Positions 11,658 to 21,700 of a DNA stretch of 30,311 bases are shown piece after piece (position 1 is the stretch's first letter; every line of letters starts with the position of its first letter). Origin of the DNA: Vitrella brassicaformis CCMP3155 (taxonomy: Eukaryota > Protista > Chromerida); the NCBI GenBank assembly GCA_001179505.1, contig CDMY01000690.1, positions 1-30,311 of the forward strand, read 5' to 3'. Below the pieces are notes generated by a model. It was given only the letters and a program-made list of their open reading frames with translations. It searched no databases and was not told the DNA's origin. A program made the position numbers and the translations under genes.

Positions 11658-12362
11658 GTATGCAGAGGCGTCACACACGCACACATTGCTGGCATGTGTG
11701 AATCTGTGCACAGGACGTCGACGAAACTTGCGTCGTTGGCACATATTGAGAATGACACACGCATTGGCACATTAATACGGATCCCCCTGGATGGCTATGT
11801 CATATGTGCAGGGCAGTGATTGCTGTCTACGTTTTATATCCTGTCGACCTCTAGCTCTCTTTCCTCTGCCGCAGCATGGGAACGACGAACCCGATCATCA
11901 TGCCACAGCGGTGCGGCCGCATTGGCATCCCGTCTGCAGATGGCTGCTTACATTTTGTATTCGACGTTTGTGTCTCCAAAGCGACGACAGACAACGTATA
12001 GACAGACTCGGGGCGAAGAGAGGTGGAGGACTGTTCTTACTGTCTCCATGCTGATGTCTCTTCTGGTTGCTGTGTGCAGATCGATCGCTGTCTACACTTT
12101 ATATCTGTCGGCCCATTACAGTCACATGCCGATGCTCGTCATCCCGGGCGCTGCACATCGACCGCATCGACGGCCCGGCGGCATCACAGGTGCGTAAGTG
12201 AGGGAGAAAAGAAGAGGCTCATCGACATTTACTCATGTCTCCCCTCTTCTCCTGTTTGTCTATGCGTATTCATGGCCGCTTCGGCGGCCACCGAGAGGTC
12301 TACCAAGGGCCCGCTGGCGGCCACCGATGTCCACAGAGGCTGGCTTGGCCGTGGATTGCCTC

Positions 12363-12930
12363 AGCACATGTGCAGCGTACCGCCGTCAAGACCGTCAAGT
12401 ACGGGGCCGCCAACAAAGAGATGCTGCTGCTCCCAGGTGGGGCCACACACAGATAGATGGATGGATGGATGGATATGTTGTCTTGCTCGGTGTTGTTAGG
12501 TCACTTCACGTCCATCCAGCAGATCGGCAACTCCCCCTCCCTGCAGGCCGACCTCACGCACCGCATAGTCCACAACGAGACGCTGCTCGCTGTCATTCAA
12601 AACGAGGAGGCACGTCCACCTAACACACAATGCACACCTATCCACCTATGTGTGGACGTGTCTGTGACGCAGCGAAAGTTCAATGGGACTCAGGCTGAGT
12701 TCCACGCCCGCAGCAACAACAAGTACAAGGGCAGACGCGCCATGACATCATACGCACACACACACAGACAGGCAGACACGAGGTGCATTCCCCTGTGTGT
12801 TGTCTGTGTTTATGCAGGGGTCAGGGCCTCTCAACCACCTACCGACCCTCTTCCTCACCGAGCCATTCATAGCGCGGCTCTTCCAGGACATCAACCAGCG
12901 AAGCAGAGGCAGGAACGGTGGTGTTGGTAG
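12363..12930 (+). CDS. Spliced fragment of an unrecognised globular domain
   Basis: Protein-like exons HVQRTAVKTVKYGAANKEMLLLPG / HFTSIQQIGNSPSLQADLTHRIVHNETLLAVIQNEE / RKFNGTQAEFHARSNNKYKG / PLNHLPTLFLTEPFIARLFQDINQR. Joining them in frame needs two GC donors (~12609, ~12730). Confidence 0.4.
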
Positions 12931-13299
12931 GGCTGTGGGTGAGGCTGGGCAGCACATGTGTGTAAGAGAGAGATACCTTACACACACTGTACTGTGTCGA
13001 TCGAGAGCGTTGTTGGTGCGGCGGTGCGGTTTGTGTGTGTGGCAGAGCTTTCCGGCGGTTCAGTCTCGTCACCACGAGGTATGCAATTGAAGATGAGCCG
13101 TGGCACATGAGATCTCACCTGCCGTCCTTTCTGTGACGCATTAGGGCCGCAGCTACCGCCACCACCACCACCACTCCGGCCGCCGCAACTTCACTCGGAT
13201 TCCTTTGGGCGAGACAGGTAGGGTGCAGGCGGTCGAGCAGTCCAGACACATGCGTCACATGCGCTAATGCGTGATGTCTCCGTGTTTGTCTGTCTCCAG

Positions 13300-14300
13300 G
13301 TATGCGGTTCAGCTACTACTACGAGCAGCCGGCTGAGGAGGAGCATACTGGTTCAACAGGTGCTTCAACTGTCGCGGGATCGGGCACTTCCACTACGAGT
13401 GCCCCTTCCCGCGGCAGCCGCGCCGCCACCACGTCCACCCTCGCGCGCGCCGCCAGTGAGCGTGTCTGCGTCCTCTCTGGTAATCGTATAGCCATCCCCG
13501 TGCAGCCCCCAGCCAGGCCCCCATATATCGTCTTTCTCGCACGACCACACCAAACACACGGCTCACACATGAGCAGATCGACGTGCATTCATTCTACGTT
13601 TGTGTGTGGGTGTGTTTGCAGGTCAACGAGCCCTCTCGTGTTGGTGGTGACGGCGGCCAGGTCGAGAATCCTCCGGCTCCTCCCGTGTTGGTACGCGCCA
13701 CACACTCACTCACACACATGGGCAGATCGACGTCCATTCTACGTCTGTGTGTGTGCAGGTTCGTCCAGGCTACAACGCCACCATCAAGGGACCTAACAGC
13801 CATGTAGGCGAACAGAATGAGAGGCGGCGGCACATATACAAAACACAATCTGATCTGCTTGGTCCGTGTGAACAGGCGTTTCCCCTCTTCAATCCCGCCG
13901 TCAACTTCCAGCGCGTTCGTCATCAGGTATGTGTGGTGGTAGCAAAGATGAGAGTCTAAAGTGTGCAGGACATTTCCTTTGTCATTCCTGGTGTTGTGCA
14001 GGATCACCACTGTCGCCAGCCGCCCTACAAGTTCAATAAGTGCCCGCGACAGTCTGCGGCAGCCATCGGTCAGCGAGACAGATGCAGAGAGAACCATTAG
14101 AACATGATCATTCCTGGTTTCTGTTTGCCTGTGCAGGCTGCCGCCTGACTTACAGGGAGGAGCTGGAGGACTTCTGGAGAGGGCGGTGCTACCACTGAGA
14201 GCGATTCGGCCACCACGCGAACCACTGCTGGCATCCCCCGGTTCCGCCCCACCTCCGCCACCCCCGGCCCCCCGCCCGCTTTGGCAACTGACATCATCAT
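13300..14300 (+). pseudogene. Multi-exon zinc-knuckle protein pseudogene (two damaged CCHC knuckles)
   Basis: CFNCRGIGHFHYEC at 13361-13402 is one frame off its upstream MRFSYYYEQ segment. Exons 13622-13690, 13759-13803, 13876-13926 and 14002-14068 splice in frame to 14137 CRLTYREELEDFWRGRCYH*ERFGHHANHC, with TGA at 14196-14198. Confidence 0.7.
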
Positions 14301-15227
14301 GGGTCAACAAGACGGTAAGCGAAGACGTACGTACTAACCCGACCAACGTCATCTTGTGCAACAGCGTACGCGTTCTCTTCTCTCGGTGGCTGGGTGGTGT
14401 GCAGATCGCTGGTTACATTCTATATTCGATCGACTGATGACAACCCCCTCAACCGCATTGCCTTGCCCGAAATGATCTGCGAATGGTATATGAGCTGTCG
14501 AAATAGACCGATCAGCTCCCATCCCTCGGTGGATTCCGCGTCAGATCTACAGTAGGCAAAGCAGTCAGTGCGTCAGGTGGCAAAGAGGTATACATGCCTC
14601 TGTGTGTCTGTCTGTCTGTCTCTCTCTCTCTCCTGCCAGTCCAGCAGGAGGTTCGCGCGTACCCCGTGGGGATCAAGTACAACAACCAACCGGCCAACAG
14701 GCCGAACGCTGAGCTGATGCGGCGCGGTGACGTTCACTCCGGTTTCACGATGCTGGTGGCTTAAGACGCATGCCCATCAGGGTAAGAGATTGGCAGTCTG
14801 TCAGCCCCACCGAATGGACGTCTGTTTATTGTTCTTTCTGTGCGCATGGATCTCGTTTCCTGCCCTTCAGATAGAGCCTCGGCGGGCAGATCGCTGGCTA
14901 CATTTTATATTCGATCGATTGATGACAACTCCTTCAACCGCATCGCCGTGTCCGAAATGATCTATGTGAAGCTGTCAAACCAGACTGATCACTTTCCTGT
15001 CTTCCTGACGTGTCTCGTGTCTGTGTGGTCAGATCGATCGCTGTCTCCGTTTTATATCTGTGGACCTCTCGTTCTCAATTGCCAATGCACCTCATGCAAA
15101 CCTGGCTGCTGTGAGTAAATCGCTCTGATATCCCCGGCGGCCCCAAAGGTACGTAAGTGAGACACAAAAGAGAAGGGTCATCAACATTTGCTCATGTCTC
15201 CTCTTTCCTCTGTGTGTTAACGCATAT

Positions 15228-17480
15228 TTGGCCGCTTCGGCGGCCACCGAGAGACGTCTGTTTGCCAAGGTGCCGGACGGGTATGGGCCCGCGGAGCTCA
15301 AAGAGAATACTCCCACGACCAATCAGGTGCGTCTGATGGACACCTCCATGTGTACACACACAACGTACTTGGGGGTGCGTCTGCAGCTGTCCGATTTGCA
15401 GAGGCAGCGACGCCCAATATGTGTGTGGGTGTGTGTGTAGGCTCAGAGGTTGCGCGAGGAGTTGGAAGCGGCGCACAAGGACACGGAGCACAACTACCAG
15501 CAGGTGGGCATCGTCACACACACACACACACACAGAGAGAGAGAGACGCCCAATGTGTGTGAGTGTGGGTGTGTGCAGGCTGACGAGTTGACGACGGGTC
15601 ATGAGAACTCCATGGCCATCGAGTCCACACCGGTAGGCACCATCACACACACACAGAGGCGCGCCATGTGTGTGGTTGTGCGTGTGTGTGTAGGCAAGAC
15701 AAAAGCGAAAGCCGGTCACGATATACGTGCCTCCCCAACGAATTAGCGAATGAGGTAGTGGATGCCATATTCACGCTGGCGGCCGACAGACAGCACGAAC
15801 TCAGGCAGTCGGGCAGAGCGTGAGCGACCTGCACACACCCTATCACTGCGTTCCGACCAACACGTATTCTGTGTGTGTGTGTGTCTGGCAGGTTCCCTCG
15901 CGTCCGCTTCACCCCCACCGACTTTTGGCAGAAGCTGGCTGGCCCCGACGACGGCTACAAGTACAACTACGAAGCCGTCAAGAGCCGCAACAACATACAG
16001 GGTGTAAGTGAGCCGCCCAGTCACCCAACCACCCAGCGACACATACAAACACGCCCATCGTCCGTATGTATGTTTGTGTGATTCAGATAAGCGTGTTTGA
16101 GGTAGACTATCTGGCCGTGCCGATCTGTGATCATGGGCACTGGTCGCTAGGGTTTGTCGACGTGAGGTACTGACACACACACACACAAACACACACTCGC
16201 GAACGAACGAACGAACGAACGAACGACGAGAAATGTGCCTGTCTGTGTGTGTGCCTTGTTGCCTGCAGGAGGAGACGGGTGGGGGTATTAGACACGGACA
16301 TGCTGCCCAGCGAGGATACCAGCTTCCAGTACACACACACACACACACACACATGTCCAGACAGAATGTGCGGAAGGTGTGTGTGTGTGTGTGTCTGTCT
16401 GTCTGTTGTGGTAATGCAGTTTCCTCCATTTCATGATTGACTATATGAGGGACGCCTACAGGGACTTGTTTCACCGCGAGATGCCATTTGGCGAGTTCAG
16501 ACAGTGGTGCGAGGCAGATGATGAGGTACACAGACACATACACACACAAGGCCTCCATGTCCCATTTCTTGTGTGTGTATGCAGTTGGATCTGCAGCAGC
16601 AGGCGTACGAGGAGGACAGCGGCATATGGATGCTGCTGTTCGGCTTCTGCTTAATGACTAGAACGTAAGCGCCCAAACAAGGAAAGNNNNNNNNNNNNNN
16701 NNNNNNNNNNNNNNNNNNNNNNNNNNNNNNNNNNNNNNNNNNNNNNNNNNNNNNNNNNNNNNNNNNNNNNNNNNNNNNNNNNNNNNNNNNNNNNNNNNNN
16801 NNNNNNNNNNNNNNNNNNNNNNNNNNNNNNNNNNNNNNNNNNNNNNNNNNNNNNNNNNNNNNNNNNNNNNNNNNNNNNNNNNNNNNNNNNNNNNNNNNNN
16901 NNNNNNNNNNNNNNNNNNNNNNNNNNNNNNNNNNNNNNNNNNNNNNNNNNNNNNNNNNNNNNNNNNNNNNNNNNNNNNNNNNNNNNAAACAAGGAAAGGA
17001 GGCAGGCAGCCATGGGACGGGGGTCGACTTGCGTGAGTGAGTATGTGTGTGTGTGTGTGTGTATCAGTCCGTTTGCTAGTGTCCGCCCCCGCAGCTCGTT
17101 CCTCCGCCTCACCGGCGACTGGTCCCAGGACCAGACCGCCCTCATGGACATTGTCCGACGCAAAATGGTATGTATGGATGGATGGATGGACGGATGGCTG
17201 GATGGCTGGATGGTCGGTGCAATCGGTTTGGCTCTCTTGCATCAGATACTTAGCCTATATCGCAAGCATCTCCCGGCTGAGGTTTTCGACAGTGCTGCTG
17301 ATCGGGAGATGAGCGAGGGCGACGAGGGCGCGGTAGGCAACCAAAGCACTGTGCAAGGGTGGCGGGGTGCGTGCGTCAACGCGCCGGCCGTATGTGTGTT
17401 GGTGCCCCCAGGTGGTATCTCCGACCGCGTCAATAGGCGACGAGGAGTTCTTCTCCCTCGACCCGCCCCCACCAGAGCAA
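15228..17480 (+). CDS. Ulp1/SENP-family (peptidase C48) SUMO-protease-like protein with catalytic Cys replaced by Ser; frameshift at the N-terminal junction, so possibly a pseudogene
   Basis: Exons 15694-15819, 15892-16003, 16087-16166, 16269-16328, 16420-16525, 16585-16664, 17068-17167 and 17246-17332 splice in frame. They give LPNELANEVVDAIF..RFTPTDFWQKL..YEAVKSRNNIQGISVFEVDYLAVPICDHGHWSLGFVDVRRRRVGVLDT..QQQAYEEDSGIWMLLFGFCL..DWSQDQTALMDIVRRKMILSLY. This matches the Ulp1 motifs in order (NDEVI, FFxKL, PI..HW.L, D, QQ..DCG, RKRM). The upstream coiled-coil exons (15228-15632) join in a different frame. Confidence 0.8.
16198..16228 (+). repeat. (GAAC)n intronic microsatellite, duplicated at ~17512-17540
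   Basis: Direct reading of the sequence. Confidence 0.9.
16687..16986. other. 300-N assembly gap, probably spurious
   Basis: Both flanks carry AAACAAGGAAAG. The exon phases on either side (AC|T) match as for a single short intron. Confidence 0.85.
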
Positions 17481-17489
17481 AGTGACAGC

Positions 17490-17815
17490 ACACACACACA
17501 CTCACACACTCGCGAACGAACGAACGAACGAACGAACGACGAGAAATGTGCCTGTCTGTGTGTGTGCCTTGTTGCCCGCAGGAGGAGACGGGTGGGGGTA
17601 TTAGACACGCACATGCTCCCAGTACACACACACACACACACACACACGTCTAGACAGAATGTGCCGAAGGTGTGTGTGTGTGTGTGTCTGTCTGTCTGTT
17701 GTGGTAATGCAGTTTCCTCCATTTCATGATTGACTATATGAGGGACGCCTACAGGGACTCCTTTCACCGCGAGATGCCATTTGGCGAGTTTAGACAGTGG
17801 TGCGAGGCCGGGCAG
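17490..17815 (+). repeat. Internal duplicate of Ulp1 exons (copy C), frameshifted
   Basis: Near-identical to ~16180-16515, including the (GAAC)n intron. The RRRVGVLDT exon has lost ~20 nt between CCAG repeats, breaking phase with the FLHFMIDYMRDAY exon. The QQ..DSG exon is absent. Confidence 0.85.
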
Positions 17816-18779
17816 ATGCAGCACCACCACCAAGTAGCAGACCCACTGCGAGACGAATGCTGGTGGTAAGGGAGGGAGGCCACAGAAGCACACGAAAGGT
17901 GTCAGCATCATGTGCTGCGCGTCGTGCATGTTGTGAACGTAGGTTTGCCGATAGCCGTGGGACCCACGGGCCACAGAGCCAGCGAGATGAGGATCTTGTT
18001 CGGTGCTGGACGCGTCACTGTCGACACCTTCGTGGGCGTCAGCCCAACACGATTGGTGCCGCTGTATCGGCTCTATCCCCACGGGCAGTGTTTCCAAATT
18101 TTGCCCCGGGAGGGAGGGTACACACAGATGGTTGAGAGAGGTTTGGGGTGATTTGCATGGCACACAGCCATGCGTATGTGTAGCTGGGTGGATGGTTGGT
18201 GGCCTTTGTCAATATACATTCGTCCATCAATCCATCCATCTGCGGGGCGAGACAGGGAGGAAGAGAGAAGATAGATTGACGGCCGACTGAGTCGAGATAG
18301 ATTTGGCGTACGGCGCATGTGACACAGCCATGCGTGTGTGTAGCTGGGTGGACCGACTGATGTGTAGCTGGGTGGACCGACAGAGGGACACAATCGCTGT
18401 CTGCATTTTATATCTGACTGTTTGATGTTGCGGTGGTTCGGGAGATTGACTTCTCATATCAAGTGTGTGTATTGATGCGCAGGTCACGCCTTTCTGTCTG
18501 TGTGCAAGTCCATTCACTCACGTAACACACGGACACACAGATCAGCTATACAGAAGAAGCGAGGCCATCCATCCATCCATCAATTAGATATGCACCTCAT
18601 TTCAGCACATCCATCCATCCACCCAGCAGCAGTCTGCAGACTAAGGCCAGCCAGTACGGAGCGCATCAAGGCAAGAACAGTCTGCACACACAAGACAAGA
18701 CAAGACAAGACACGGTCCGTGTACCTACCTACCTACTCACACATACACACCTACCTACCTACCTACGTATGGTTGTATC

Positions 18780-21700
18780 CTACCGGACATCCCCCAACCC
18801 ATCAGGGGGCCCACCCACCGATTCATTCGCACCCCCCAATGCATGCGCCCTCTCACCCCCACCCTCGACATACATATCCACCTTGTCGCCCCCCACCTCC
18901 CAGTCCACACACATCCCGTCATCCACGTGGTAGGACTGACCAGCGTCACATCGGCACAGCCGTGTGCCGCCTCCCGCCTCCGTCACGCATTCAGGGCAGC
19001 TCGTGTACGCGCTGCTGAGGTTGTGGTTGTGGCTGGGGAGAGGGGGCAGGGGGCTGAGTGGCCCGCCGTTGCCGATGAGTGGGCAGTGGTTGACTGATGA
19101 GCACCAGATGGAGACCGGCGCTCGGCCGCTCCCCCTTTCTGTGTGGGCTTCTTGTGTGTATGCGCGAGGGGGCGGGTGTGGGGGTGAGGGGTCGTCATTC
19201 CTTCCCAGCTCCTTCAGCACAGCTTCTTGTGACGGGCTGTCGTCTATCGTGTCGGTCTGGAGCCAGTGCAGCGTCCACACGGCTGATGGGGGCGTGTTGC
19301 TGACCGTCTTGACCGACGCGTACACCCTCCTGTCGCCCTCGACCACCCACTGCTGCCTCGTATCCGAGTAGTACATGGCCACACTCTCAAGGTTGGCCAG
19401 CAGCTCCTCTAATGGCGGCAGCAACGGGCCTCTCTCCTTCCCAGACTCCTCCAGGTGGATGGACGCCTCATCCGACCACTTGCCGTCGCCCTCGTGATGC
19501 TCGTCCTCACTCAGTGTGTCATTGACGGCCTTGGGAATCGCACGAGAGAAGGATGGCCAGAGTGCGTGTGGCTCGGAGGCGTGCCACATGCCGTTGAGCG
19601 ATCGAAAGGGGGCGGGGAAGCCCGAGACGGCGAGGAAGGGGCAGGGTGTGCAGGGGGAGGGGGCGTCTGATGCAACCGGGGTGATGGTGACGTCATCGAT
19701 AGCTACGGCTATGTCGTTTTTCGATTGCTCGGGGCGTTTGATGGCCATCCACACGATGGAGAAGGGCTCGAAGGCCGCCATGCGAGTGCGGGCAACCTGA
19801 CATACACACAGGAGAAAGAGAGATCCAGCCATCAGTGTGTCTTGTCTGTGTGTGGGTGCGAGGGTACTCACTGACCTGCCAGGTGTCTCCCTGGTCGACC
19901 CCCTCCACCTCCCACAGCCCACTCATTACACCGCCCTCATTCTTCTCGACACGCAAACCACCCCCGCCCCTTATCCAGTACCAAAACTCCACGCAATATT
20001 CCACACCATCACCGTCGACACCACCGCCACGACCGTCAGGGATCAACACGGGCGACGAGACCACCACTCGCGTCGTATTCTTCTGCTTCTTGTCTTTGTG
20101 GGCGGCTTTCTCCTCGACCCACGTGAAGAGGTACTCGCCGCGTGTTGATGTGGGGCTCATGGGGGAGAGGGGGGAGGTGAGGGGCCGGGAGGTGTGGTCG
20201 TTGAGTGGGATGATGGCGTGGGAGTCCTCGAGTGTCCTGTATCGCGGGCCGAGCGACCATGCGCCTCTGTCAGTGTCTGTGGGCGTGTTGGTGAAGCCGC
20301 ATAAAGAGCCCTCGAACGAGCACTCGATGGACACTGAGCCAACACAGACACACACATTCGCTCTGCATCCACATGCCCATCTGCCCATCCGCCATCTCAC
20401 CTGGACATGGCTCTTCAGAGAGGTTCACGTCGTCAATGCCCACGTCCCCAAGCCAGCCCTCGGCCATCACGGCCTCAAACACCACACGAAACGAGTCATC
20501 AAGTGCGACGGCCACCCTGGCCGTCTTCCAGTGGTCGGCCAGACGGCCGTCACGCTCGCGGAACGACCATGCGGGCGGGGGCAGATGTGACTGGGTGGCG
20601 TTGATCAGATACACATGCAGGTCGCCCACTGTGGCGCCCTTGGCGTGGTAGCGGAACTCCAGACAGCCGTCCTGGGATGGACAGAGGACACGTGTATGTC
20701 TCCGTGTGTTTGTCGTGTGTGTGTGTGTGTGCGTTACTTGGTTCGCATGTCTGTGACTGTTTGGTTTGTGTGTGGGTGAGATCAGCCTGGCCCTGCTGCC
20801 GCCCTTTGCCGGCCACATGAGCGACGTCTCGACAAAGGCGAACCGGCCCCACACCTCGGCCAACGATGCGTCACCTACACCACACATGACCCATAACACA
20901 TGCCATGCGTGTGTTTTGGTGTCCATGCGCACCTGTCGGCCCCGCCAGCTGGCTTCCGACGCCCTTGGTGCCGATGGACCACTCCATGTCATCGCCCCCG
21001 TCTTGCACATAGCCGCACAGGCCGCTCTCAAAGTCACAGGAAATGCTCTCCTGCTGCTGCTCGTGGTCAGGGAACGCTGGCGTCACGAACACCTCTGCCG
21101 TGCTCTCGTTGGCGCGCTGTGTGGCGAGCAAAGTCCACGGAGAGACGACAGGCGGAAGGACGAGCGCACGCGGGGACGGGCGAGACCTGGCGAGTGTGGC
21201 TGCTCGGCTACTGTTGAGGGCGGGCATGTCGGTGCTGCCTGTGAGCGACTCGACGATGCCCCGGATGACCGGTGAGAGGCCGTCATCACCCCGCTGCCTC
21301 ACCTCCCACCTCCCATCGCGCCATACCAGCTCTCCCCGGCCATTCGTATAGAAAGTGGCATTGCTGCCGCCGCCAGAGAGAGTCCAGTAGGGGGATGCAT
21401 GGTCGAGATACGGGGGGCTGGGGGTGAGGGAGAGGAGAGAGGGCGGTCTGCACGCCGATAGCGACGCTTGGACGTCGTCGATGGCCACCCATGCCGGTAG
21501 GGATGTGCTGGATTTGATGCCGCTGCCGTCCTTGCCGACCGCCGCACCCTTATGCACGAAGGCTTCAAGCTGCAGCCAGTAAGGCCCGCCCTCCTCGCCC
21601 TTTTCCACATCCACATTGACCATGACCTCCTTCCAGCCGCCCATAGCGCCCTCCAACACCACACCGCTCCACAGAGCTGTTCCGTTGGCATCCCCCTTCA

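Noticed and set aside
7863-13758. Introner-type mobile introns (similar introns at 7863, 13691 and 29564-29658)
   Set aside because: Homology extends into the flanking exon ends (..GT(G/A)TTG|GTA) and breaks mid-intron elsewhere, which fits block duplication and recombination better. A genome-wide test could revisit this.
5306-14228. LTR retrotransposon suggested by Gag-like knuckles
   Set aside because: No protease, RT, RNase H, integrase, LTR or PBS was seen, and the knuckles sit on spliced exons.
14428-14512. Hammerhead-like CTGATGA...CGAAA
   Set aside because: There is no G10.1-C11.1-closed stem II and no stem I/III pairing. Paralogous copies read TTGATGA or lack GAAA.
14905-14990. Box C/D snoRNA-like TGATGA...CTGA pattern (also ~8690-8768, ~14430-14510, ~30125-30205 minus)
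   Set aside because: The terminal stem/K-turn spacing is poor, one copy has CCGA, and a GTGAG donor lies between the boxes in the best copy, so the D-like box falls in the next intron.
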